Of a DNA stretch of 64,000 nt, positions 13,487 through 24,339 are shown in pieces. The notes beneath the pieces are model-generated. The model saw only the letters and a list, made by a program, of their open reading frames with translations, did not search any database and was not told the origin of the DNA. A program made the translations under genes and the position numbers. How positions within the stretch are numbered: the stretch's first letter is position 1; every line of letters starts with the position of its first letter. The stretch covers positions 9,302,001 through 9,366,000 of the forward strand of contig CM075990.1 of NCBI GenBank assembly GCA_038087875.1. The letters run 5' to 3'. Source of the DNA: Malacoraja senta. Taxonomy: Eukaryota.

Positions 13487-14455
13487 CTACATCTCTGTCA
13501 TCCTATCAGCATTGTCTTTCATATTTGAGTTATCAGAATGAAAATCAGTAAGGTGTAGATTGATGGTATTGCTTTCATGCGGAATGTCTATAGGATCAAC
13601 AAGTTCAGCCGTTCTGCATGCATGCGCCGCGTCATCCAGCGATAACTCTGGCCGTCTCAAGAGCTCTGATCTGAGCTTTTGATCGGTGATACCATTCACT
13701 AAAATATCCCTCGTTAACTGATCAGTCAACTGATCCGCTGGCATTTCCTGAAATCGACAACGTTGGGCTAGATACATTAAAGAAGAAATATATGAGTCCA
13801 CTCGTTCCCCGGGAAGTTGACGACGAGAGAAAAACCTTGCCCTGTTCAAAATGTGATTTGAGGGCAGGTCACAGATCTGAGCCAGTTTACGCAGCAAAAC
13901 ATTAGGGTCAGTGGGAGACTCCGCCGGTGTAATTACCTGGTCATTGGCATCACGGATAGCCGGAGCATAACGGAATGTTCTGGATCGACGAAGGGCACCA
14001 GGTCCCGCAAGGTTGAGCAAGAGAGAGGCCTTAACAGCATCTGGTTCATTTCGGTGTACAATGTTTCTGAGATTCAGTAGATCGAGATAGACGTCAGACT
14101 TTGAAATGCGCGCTCCCTCCAGCAAGTGCTTGGCGCTTCTGACAGCGCGTTCAGCGAGTCCATTACTCTGTGGATACTCGGGACTGCTTGTGACGTGCTG
14201 GAAGTTCCATCGGTCGGCGAAAAGCTTGAACAAGTGGCTGGTGAACTGTGGACCATTGTCGGTTCTCAGAATAACAGGAATGCCATGGTCTGAGAAATGT
14301 CTTTTCAGCTTCCTGATGACCATCTCCGACGTGAGGGAGGTAAGTTGGTCAAGTTCAAACCAGTTGGAGTACGAGTCGACCAGAACGAGGTAGTGCTTAC
14401 CGCACCATTCGAAAATGTCCGCAGCCAGCGACGACCATGACAGTGCTGGTGGAGG
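13487..14455 (-). CDS. Chimeric stop-free frame: integrase DDE core fused upstream of a gag fragment
   Basis: 323 codons stop to stop. LVLVDSYS, TDNGPQF and NGLAERAV are joined at LRN/IVHRN to gag (SLLLNLAG...RDILVNGI). The first ATG is at 14323. Expression is unknown. Confidence 0.5.
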   Translation of the reverse strand, partial: PPPALSWSSLAADIFEWCGKHYLVLVDSYSNWFELDQLTSLTSEMVIRKLKRHFSDHGIPVILRTDNGPQFTSHLFKLFADRWNFQHVTSSPEYPQSNGLAERAVRSAKHLLEGARISKSDVYLDLLNLRNIVHRNEPDAVKASLLLNLAGPGALRRSRTFRYAPAIRDANDQVITPAESPTDPNVLLRKLAQICDLPSNHILNRARFFSRRQLPGERVDSYISSLMYLAQRCRFQEMPADQLTDQLTRDILVNGITDQKLRSELLRRPELSLDDAAHACRTAELVDPIDIPHESNTINLHLTDFHSDNSNMKDNADRMTEM

Positions 14456-14826
14456 TCACCACAATCCTCTCCCGTGCGGTTTTCACCTTCAGCCTCTCTG
14501 CCTCATCCTTCAGTTGAGGTAGGGGATGCTTGGGTCCGCACGCGTTCGGGCCGTGTTAGTAGACCACCAGACAGGTATGGCGAGTATGTTTAATATGCTT
14601 TTAATCTTTAGGGGGAAGGATGTAGATTGATGATGCATGTGAATCAATCACACTTAGCTAGCATCACTAACTCCACCCCATTATAACATTTATACTAACG
14701 CCCATTCCCAACACCGTTAGTTGAAGCAGCCAGGATGAACTGACAACACCTCGCTCTGTAATGCTGCCAAGTTAATGTGCTGATTAAAGATGTGTGTAAA
14801 TCTTATATGTTTTGAAGTGATTTACA
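13554..14826 (+). mobile_element. Rearranged Gypsy LTR element
   Basis: TSD TAAGG (13549-53, 14827-31). A 12-bp 5' LTR stub TGTAGATTGATG, inverted gag and integrase-core segments, then a plus-strand INT C-terminus (RTRSGRVSRPPDRY*), PPT GGGGGAAGGA and 3' LTR 14621-14826. Confidence 0.92.
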
Positions 14827-15785
14827 TAAGGTAAGACAGCTATAAAATATTCCCCCACCCCAAAGCTTGCGGACATTTCATTGCAAATTAATATTCAGCG
14901 GGGGCAAGGCATGATAGAATAACTAACCTGTCATACTGACACTCATTCAGTTAATTAAAATAGTGAACATCAAAGTTTTTTTCTGAGATTCTCGTGCAAT
15001 GACCTAATAAGCTTTAAAAAAAGTTCAATTTTTAAGATAGGGAATATCAATTTCCAGAAAAGCATATTCAAAGCACGCAAAGATACTGCTGAAAATAATT
15101 TTGTGTAGTGCCCTAAAGAAATCTCATTCTATGAAATAATAAATTAATAGGTCAAAGGAGGGTAAAATCTTGTAAGTAAACTTGTAATCTTGATAAAAGA
15201 AACAAATTGAAAAGCAAAGATTGAAATGCTAATACATTTAAATCTGCTCTGTGGCAACCCACAGATAAGGACATTTTTCATAGATGGCTGCCAGTTGCCT
15301 TTAAGGTATCAGTGTAAATGAAATTATTCAAATGAAGTCTGCATTAATCCCAAGGCTGAGCGAGAAAACTAGCACCTCCCAAACCAGTGACCAGTGGCCA
15401 CTGCCACCAGGAGGACAGTAGATGCTTGGTAACACTACCCTCTGCAAATTCCAATCCAAGTCCCAAATATTCTGATTTAGAAATATCTCCCTCTTCCTTC
15501 ATTATCCCTTGGATCTGGAATTCACTCCTCAAATGCTTTGTGGAAGTGTTTTCAGCAGAAGCAGTTTGCAAGACAGTGGCTCATCGCTATCTTCTCCAAG
15601 CCAATTAAAGATGGATAATAAATGCACTTGTTGAGTAAAATTTGTAAAACAGCCTATTATTCTATAAATTACAGTAGAAGGACAGCTCCTTGACAATTGA
15701 GAACCAAATAATAATTTGGTCATTGAGAATATAATCAGTGTGAACCAAAGATTACCTCCTTTGTTCCAATATGAAAGAAGTCTTA

Positions 15786-16224
15786 AGGGCCGGTCCCACA
15801 TAGGCGATTTTTTTAGGCAACTGTCGGCGACTAGGCTGTCGCCACACAGTCGCCGGGGTGTCGCCTGTATGGTCGTGAGTAGTCTCCTCAGTCGCCCAAA
15901 GAGTCGTAGCGTTTTTCTGGTCGCCGCTGGATTTTGAAATGTTCAAAACTTTTCGGTGACAGTCGGCGACCGTGGGCTTGTCATAGTTTGTCTTCTCCTG
16001 ACGTAGGTTGTTGCCAGGATGGCATAGGTTGTCGCCAGGTGATGTAGGTTGTCGCCGGTGCTGATTTCGGTGAATTCCACTGTCGTACTCGCCGGCAGTC
16101 GACTAAAAATTTGCCTAAGTGGGACAGGCCCATTAGTCCAGTCGCCGTTTTTTCAGCAACCTGCTACAACTATGACAGTCGACGGCAGTCGCCTAAAAAA
16201 AATCACCTAAGTGGGACAGGCCCT
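15786..16224. mobile_element. PIF/Harbinger MITE
   Basis: TIRs AGGGCC(G/T)GTCCCAC(A/T)TAGG, TTA TSD (15783-85, 16225-27), internal GTCGCC repeats. Confidence 0.88.
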
Positions 16225-16549
16225 TTAATCTAGTTCAACAACATAGTTATAGTTTTATTGTTATGAATTATTTTTGTTTTGGATTGTTATTTAGCCTAAT
16301 ATCTACTTATGTTTATTAACTCGAATTAATAGAGTTAATTAGACACTTCAACTCTAATTTAATGAGAAGTGCAGATGGGCATACAGAGGAAAAGTATCAA
16401 GCATACCGGAAAATGAATTCTAATGCTGGATATGTTGCAGGACAGGACAACATGCCAAAATAGCAGAAGTATGTGATCTTGTAACCAATGGTTCAAATCC
16501 AACTTCTGTGTTCCTGACATGTCTAGTCATGAACTGTTGATTGCCAGAA

Positions 16550-17720
16550 GTGACCGAGTGTGGCCTTCATGGTGGGCATCAAGGGGAAAACACTCTAATA
16601 CTGTAAATCATACCTCACAGAAAGGAAGGGGTTGGGCTACTGGAGATTACTCCCAGGGCTTAACTGCACGGAATCCTCAAGGCAATCATCTTCAGCTGCT
16701 TCATCAATTACCTTCCTCTCATTAGAGGGTCCGAAGTAGGAATGTTTGCTGATGATTACAAAATGTTCAATTCCATTGAACTACCTAGCTAATGGATAGT
16801 CCACGTCTATATGCAGCAAGATGTAGACAACATTCAGGCCTAGGCTCTTGCACATAATATTTACATCACAGAAGTGCTAGGTAATGGCCATCTTCAATGT
16901 TGAGAATATAACCTCCTCCCTTCAATATTCAATGACATTATCATCACCAAGTTCCCCACCAATAACATTCTGGGGATCACCATGAACCAGAAACTCTACT
17001 GATATGCTACATAAACTCCACATAAATATTGTAGCCATAACTCCAAACCAAAGGTTATGTGTCATGCAATATGCAACGCTCCTCCTAATACCTCAAAGTC
17101 TTCCCACAATCTACAAGGCACATCAAGTCAAGTCAAATCGAGTTCACTGTAATATGCACAAGTACATTCAGGAACAGGTATAATAAAAATCTTGTTTGCA
17201 GCAGTATCACGGGCATACAGATACTCAGGCAATGCACATAAACATAAATGCCACCAAAGGACTGTGTGAAAAAAAAAGTGCAGATACACAATTAGTAAAC
17301 AAGACTGTGGTAGTGCAAGAAATGCACACTCGGGAGCGTGACTGCATACTCACTACTTGCATGCATGATTGCAGCTTCAACAGCACTGAAGCAGTTTGAC
17401 ACTGGGCAAAGCAAAGCACTCGATTGGCACCCCATCTACCACCAGCACACAGTGGATACAGTGAATACCATTTACAAAATGCACACCAGTTACTCACCTA
17501 GTCTACTCTGACAGCACTTTCAATTTCATGACCTCAAACACCTAGGAGAATAAGGGGTTCAAGTGCATGGCATCAGCATCAACGTTCTCCTCCAAGTCGC
17601 ATCCTGACTTGAAAACATAATGCCATTGATTCATCATTGCTGGGTTTAAATCTTGGAATTTGTTAACCAACAACACTGTAAAAAATCCCAGCATCAGAAA
17701 GATTGCAGGTGGTTCGGAAA
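16550..17720 (+). mobile_element. Old CR1/L2-type LINE relic with a short nested LINE 3' end (about 17125-17260)
   Basis: PQG...FIN.L...MFADD and LGIT motifs, and a decayed YKA..VRS region. Confidence 0.6.
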
Positions 17721-18155
17721 GTGGTTCAACACCATTTTCACAATAACATTTAGGGTGTCGCCTTACCAGGAATGGTCTGATCTTGAGAATGAAAGAAATT
17801 TGAAAATAAATACTAATATCAACTTTATGTGCACAAATATAACTAAATTCTCTAAACCTTAATGTCATCAGGTTGGATTGTTGAACGCAAGAGTATCTTT
17901 GGGCTTACCCAGGATGAAAAATTAGAATAGAAAATGAAATCTCATTAAAACCTTGTGGAATGCACATAATATATGAACTTCTTAATGTGCAGAAAGTAAG
18001 GATAGAAAACAAAGTAATTAAACATACACAAAGAATTACCTCATTTCCTCAAAGTAAATCAAAAACAATCACGCCTTGTTACTTAATACTGATCCTTGAG
18101 GTGAAGTGGATGCTTTGGCATGCAACCACTAGAGATCTAGCTGACAGTGCTGTTC

Positions 18156-18296
18156 TTCTTCTTCTTCTTCTTCTTCTTCTTGCGTATGGCGTGCACAGCC
18201 TAAAGTTGGAGGACAACTTGTTCTATTTGATTGTACACGCTGGGTTGATTGCATTTGTCGAAACAGGGCGGACCGCGTGAAGGTTGCAATCTTCCA
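18156..18296 (-). mobile_element. Short retroposon insertion with (GAA)n tail
   Basis: Perfect 12-bp TSD ACAGTGCTGTTC (18144-55, 18297-308) and a (CTT)n run on the plus strand. Confidence 0.85.
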
Positions 18297-18309
18297 ACAG
18301 TGCTGTTCC

Positions 18310-18720
18310 AGTTCCAAAGATCTTGTTTTATGATTGTATGTCATCATTTGATTTCCCACTGCACTTCCAAAATAAAAGTTCATGGTGAGTTCTGGAAAAG
18401 ATGGAGCATATCCTATATTGCAGGATATTGCAGCAAAAACAGACATCAATGGTGAAACTAGCCTTCAAAGTGGCAATGCAGACTTTGGTCGATTGACAAA
18501 AAGAATTTTGGTAATTAAGACCACAAAATTTGCACAAAACTCATGATTGCAGTGTATCAGTGATTCCTGCCATCCTAATGTTTCTGAGACATGGATTAAT
18601 GTTGCCAGGCCTTCAAGGCACTTGAAAAATACTAACAAATGTTCTGAAAAATGTTCCATATTCAGTGGAAGGATTGCCAATATCAATGCTCTCGCCTTGC
18701 TATGAGGCACCAATTACACT
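18310..18720 (+). mobile_element. RTE-clade LINE relic
   Basis: Decayed IL.AK.DI...AFGRL.KR...TKL...SETW pattern. Confidence 0.6.
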
Positions 18721-18849
18721 CAAATTAACACCACTACAGTGAGTTGAGCAAGGGACTGAACACACACCCCTGGGGGACTCCAATCTTGTGATTCAGACTG
18801 GAGGAATTTTATGACCAATTCAAACCAACTGTGATCTGCTATTCATTGA

Positions 18850-19780
18850 CTTGTTTTCTAATTGTATTTTTCACTAATATCTTATTTTTATAGTGTTTTT
18901 CTTTACACTGTCTTACAGAATTTGTGTGTAATTTGTGTTACCTGAGTCTATTTGACTGTGATCTGATGCAAACAAAATTTTCATAGTACCTGTACCTCAC
19001 TGTACTGCATATGATAAACTTGACCTGACTGGACAATTCCAATGCACAGGGATGCAAGGGGCTGTCGAGAGTGGTGAACTCAGTTTGGCCTCAAGAAGAT
19101 AGCATTTCACTGCGACAGTCGTGCATAAGGTACAGACTATCTTGTATAATTTATATTTTGTTTGTTGTCTATGTCCATTCTGAAAGCAAGATTTTCATTG
19201 AACCTGTGCCTCACTGTATGTGTGCATATGATGATAAACCTGACTCGATATGTTTTGCTGAAACCGCTGATGACTGAGGTACGCTCATTCAGGCTGGATG
19301 AAGCAGTCTTGAACATGTTCCAGTCCATTGATTCAAAATAGTCCTGAAGTAGACCCACCATCTTCTCAGCACACTGCTGTATTACTCTTTTGTTTGGTGG
19401 CTCATACTTCAATCTCTGTACACCAGCATGAGAAGCGCAGATGATCAAACTGACCAAAATGAAGGTGACCTAAATGGAGCCATAAATATATTTAATGGTG
19501 GTGCAGCAGTGATTGTGAGTGCGGGAAGAAAGCATGCTTATGATATTTTGGAAATACCTTCCTGAAGTGAGCTTGAGTTAAGCTATCTGCGATGATGAAC
19601 TGGGCATCAAGATTTGCTTTCTCAGGACAGTGGATGACTTGAGTATTATTCGCCCAGTGCCACCTTAGAATAGGCTTGGGGAGGCCGACAAGATAGTAAA
19701 GGTAAATTCTCTCAGTAGGTAAAAGGAACGCCATTTTTTGACCAGGTGCACATTGAACATTGAACCAAAGCGTTAACATC
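18850..19780. mobile_element. Cluster of decayed Rex/Babar LINE fragments in both orientations
   Basis: LQDYFESMDWNMFK and YLVGLP..AQFIIAD on the minus strand; LINE-type 3' tails on the plus strand. Confidence 0.5.
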
Positions 19781-20144
19781 CTCCATTGGGTGCAGTACCC
19801 ATAACTGGACAGAATTCTTCACCTGATGCACTATACGCCAAACAACAATAAAGAACACTTTCAAAATGGTAGTTAGAATTTAAACGGTAATTCCAATAAA
19901 TAGTTGTGGCACTAATACAGAAACATGATCTATCTATATGTATTGTTGATTATAGTCCTGTTCAAAAGCTCATTCGCATTCTATTACAAGCTGAGTTTTC
20001 AAGGTCTAAGTTGCATTTTATTTTAAAGTTACCTGAATAGAGACTTTGAGTCATTCCCACTAGCAAGGTAACTACTACTTCTACTAATTAGGTCTAGGTC
20101 TTAGCACGTAGTCAGTTTTTGAGCAATGAACATGAAATGCTTCC

Positions 20145-20300
20145 ACAAGTAGCGGCATTTAAAAGGCTTTTGGATGAGCATATTAATATGTAGGGAATGG
20201 AGGGACATGTACTAAGAGCAGTTAGATAAGAGATGGTCTTGACATCATGTTCGGCACAACATTTTGGGCCGAAAGGGCTATTCTTATGCTGTACTGTTCT
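20145..20300 (+). mobile_element. CR1/HER1 3' end
   Basis: AFKRLLD..M..EG and a GGGCCGAAAGGGC tail. Confidence 0.65.
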
Positions 20301-20917
20301 AAGTAAGTACAAGATATGATACACATAATCAGTTGTAAATCGAGATTGATATAATTTCATTAAACAAACTAATGAAAAAATACGGGGAAACATTGATGTG
20401 AAAAATATATCCATCATGATCTTATCAAATGATTGAATAGATCTGAGAGGAGCTAAATGGCTTTCTTTCTGTTCCATTCAAAAAAATAAACTAGCCTTCC
20501 AATAATTAGGGAGTAAATGAATGTCACACAAAAGCATTAAGTATATTTTCATAGTACATTGCTATCCTTAGACATTGGCAATTCATCAAACATTAATCGC
20601 TCATCCAACTTGCATCACTGTGCTGATGAACTGAAGCAACATGTGTCATCATCAGCTACAAGGTAAAATCTTGCAATATAAAATTTAATTGCAAAATATA
20701 AATATGCTTTTGTAAATGGATATTGCCCATAAAAGAGATCATAAAATAAATACTGTTTTTGAACAATGAGCTATTTTATATTAAATAAGAACAGTTAGGT
20801 TTAAAAACTATGTTTGGCTCAAAGTTCAAGTATTTATAAGCTTAATCATGCTTTAGTGTTAGTTTAATTGGAATCAACTCTATAATTCAATTATAATTTG
20901 CTAATTTATTCTTATAC

Positions 20918-20998
20918 TTCCAATCCGTGTATGATTTTTGCACATTCCACTTCTGCACATTTTGGTGTGTATTGAAGATCGAAGAGAAAAAAATGTTC
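20918..20998 (-). CDS. Candidate 81-nt exon
   Basis: Acceptor TTCTCATTTTCAG; open in two frames (EHFFLFDLQYTPKCAEVECAKIIHGLE or GTFFSLRSS...); weak donor GAA|GTATAA. Confidence 0.22.
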
Positions 20999-21385
20999 CT
21001 GAAAATGAGAAGTCAATACCATAGAGACAAATTATTTTACTCAAGTGTGAAAAAATGAAGTATAGAATTGACCTTATCACTACCTTCCCTCTGTGGAGTA
21101 TTAAAGCAAGATAGGTTTCATTACATGCATGGTTGCCCTGAATTACCATAGACCGTGACCATAGAACATGCTCAGAACCCCACTCTGGGCACTACAGGGC
21201 AGACAATAACTGCAATACTGTGAAAATCTGTAGTTGAGAGTTTTATTGATACAGATGCTGCTCTTGCTATTAGGCCTCACATATTTGCTGTGCCAGTAAA
21301 TTGGAAAGGACTTCAAGAAGTTAGACATCTTCTTGAAATGACCAATACACCTTGGAAATATTAACATGAGAAATATAGTCATGAG

Positions 21386-23446
21386 TAGGGCCAGGATGTT
21401 TACGCACTAAAAAACTGAAATGGGCAGGCAAAAAGGCAGAATAAAATTACAAAAAAGGCACGAAAAATGCATTTATTGACAAAAAAACGCTTAAAAAGGC
21501 ATGTATTTCCACCACCAAAATATGGTTACAAATGATAATATAAAGGTATACTACATTAAATGACCAAAGTTGCCTGGTTGCACATAATTACTAGTATTTA
21601 TTTCAAATTATCTGGTGTTAAACTATGCCGCCTCTCAGACAGAATATGCTTCAGTTGTGAAAAACTCTTTCTACCTCAGCTGAGGTCACTAGTGCTTACC
21701 CGAAACATGCTACAGACTCTATATTCATGTCGATATCTTGTGCATTGCAACTACCTTTGACTTCTTTAGCTATCTTTTGTATTTCAAGATCTTTGTTAGC
21801 TAAAATTACTCACATTTTCTGTGTATGTCTTTACCTACATCGCCAGGAACTTTACGAATATTGTCAGTTACTTTGTGGAAAACCTGCAAGTTATTCACTA
21901 ATGTTTCACCACGTTTCTCAAGGGAAGTGATAGCTTGTGGGAAGTTTGCAAAATTGGAAGCAAAACACACACGATCACGGTGGAGGGACTTTTTCTGCAT
22001 GATTTCCTAACTGCAGCAGATTCTTCTTCTTCAAAACAGTTGACGATTTATTTTATCTTTTCAAAATTTGCAGCGTAGTAGAGTACAGCAGAGAGCCATG
22101 TACCCCATCTAGTCAAAACGGGCTGAGGAGGTAGCAGAATCTCGGGTGCCATTTCCTTGAACAACTGCACACGTGACAGTGCGTTGAGGAAGATTTTCTT
22201 GACATTGGAAACTAGGCGATCGACATTTGGAAACAATTCTATGATGCTTGCCAATTCTATGATGTCCTTGAGCTTAGCATGTCAAATGCAACATTTTGGG
22301 GAATAAAAGTTTAAGAGCACGAGCAGCTTTTCTCATGTACGGAGCTGCATCCCTCACAAACAGAAGAACATTCTCATATTTTATACCTTCTGGCCAAAGT
22401 ATAGCAAGTGAAGATGTAAACATCTGAGCAATAGTTGAGCTGTTTGACTTCTCCAATACTTCCGATGTCAACAAATACTCCTTTGATGGTTGACCTGCCT
22501 CCAGTGTACCGATGACCACGTTGGAAACATATCTCCCCACAACATCGGTTGTCTCGTCTATTGAGATCCATATTTTGTTGCATGCAACTTCATCTCTAGT
22601 TTTTTGCACAACAATGTTGAAGTCGCTGTCAACATAATTTTTCCGTACTGATGACTCGCTTGGTATATGTTCTTCTGTCTATTTCTCTAAAAAACTTCTG
22701 AGAGATTTGTTTTCCAATTTCCACAGTGGAATTCCAGCATCAATGAATGTCTTGCACAGATCACTCGAAAACTCAGATTTGCGACTGGAGCCAACAGTAA
22801 CTGTAGTGAGGAGACAAGTTTTGGTATTTTGCTTGGGTAGTCTACATCCCAGCGGTATTAACATTGATTTCCCTAATTTTAGATAGCCCTTGTCTTCTCC
22901 CTCCTCCCCCTCCCCCTTCCCAGCTCACCTTCTAGTCCTACTGTCTCTGCCTCTTCCTTTCTTTATCCCCCCCCCACATCAGTCTGAAGAAGGGTCTCAA
23001 CCCGAAACGTCGCCTTTTCCTTCTCTCCATAGATGCTGCCTCACCCGCTGAGTTTCTCCAGCATGTTTTGTCTACCTTCAATTTTTCCAGCATCTGCAGT
23101 TCTTTCTTAAATAGATCTTGGCGAAGACAGAACCAGCAGGCAGTGGCACGAACAAATGAACGAATGAACGACCGACGGTGGTACCCCCGGTTTTGCCCCG
23201 GTGGTGGAAATGTTCTTGTAAGTTATACTATGTTAACACATTAATAATAACATTAATATTAATGTGTTAACATAGAAAACGTCATTGTAATCATGGTACA
23301 ACCAGAGAAAATAGCACGACCTTTTAGCAAAACGGCAAAAAAAGGCTGATTTAGGCACGCGATCGTGAAAAAGGCATTATCCTGGTGAAATCATCAAAAA
23401 AAAGCATGAAAAGGCACATGGCATTTTTGGCAAAATCCTGGCTCTA
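21386..23446 (-). mobile_element. hAT-superfamily DNA transposon with decayed CGGBP1-like transposase
   Basis: TIRs TAG(G/A)GCCAGGAT, 8-bp TSD GTCATGAG/GTGATGAG, subterminal AAAAGGCA repeats. Motifs AGIPLWKLEN, SIDETTD, DAAPYM, HLTC and PVLTRWGTW. Confidence 0.9.
22831..23112 (+). mobile_element. Penelope-like element 3' end nested in the hAT
   Basis: GIY-YIG C-terminal-type LGSLHPSGINIDFPNFR*, a pyrimidine tract, then the hammerhead core CTGAAGA...GAAACGTC at 22984-23011. Confidence 0.82.
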
Positions 23447-24339
23447 GTGATGAGTTTTGGTTTACAATAAGCTAAAAACTTAATAAAACCATGCAACCAG
23501 ACTGCATTTTCACCTCCAGAGAAATTGCTCTTAGGTGTTACACCTAAGTAGCAGACAATCACTTTGAGTACTTATGAAAACAAAACAAAAGCCATTATAT
23601 GCTAATAATTCAAAATGTATTCAGTTGCAAAGCTCATTGGCCATTATTTAGGATATGAAATAACAACCAGAACAGATTGCCAGAATCTGGACGCATTACC
23701 TCAGGTCATCCGTGATACAACCTTTCCAAATTGAAAAATCTGTGTACACATTAAATCTACAAACTGTGTGAAATAAATGAGCCATTTTACAGGATTTAGC
23801 AAACCATGAACTAATTGAGAAAACACAAGGCATATCGTAGAAAGCTGGTCTAAAACCTTAATATAAACTTGTTAAGTCCCAACTGGAGCACTATATCCAA
23901 TTCTGGGCACCACATTTCAGCATGGATCGAAGCATGCAGAAAAGATTTATTGGAACGGCACCAGGTATAATGTAATTACTTATTTGAAGAACTTAAAGAA
24001 GCTTAGATTTTTTAACCTGGAGAAGTGAACATTAAAGGTAGCAGAGCTATTTGAAATTACCAGGGGTTTGGATAGAGTAAAGTCACATTGCTCAGATGTT
24101 TCCTGTAGAGAATCAGTTAATTGATGAGGTGTAAAACTTACTATCAGTAAATTTCCTCTGCATTTCAGGCTCCAGGGAGGACCCACAATGAAACATCTGT
24201 TCTTTCTAATTGCTAGAAAATTGTTTGATACCTAGCAAAATTATATTGGTATGTGATAGATGTACATCGGACAGAACATATTGATCTCCAACAGCAATGA
24301 AAGTGCTAAGCCAGAAAATATACAGACTTTGTAACTTCA

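Noticed and set aside
15800..16200. Short repeated GTCGCC/GTAGGTTGTCGCC units as a CRISPR-like array
   Set aside because: Irregular spacing inside a TIR-bounded MITE, eukaryotic context and no cas genes.
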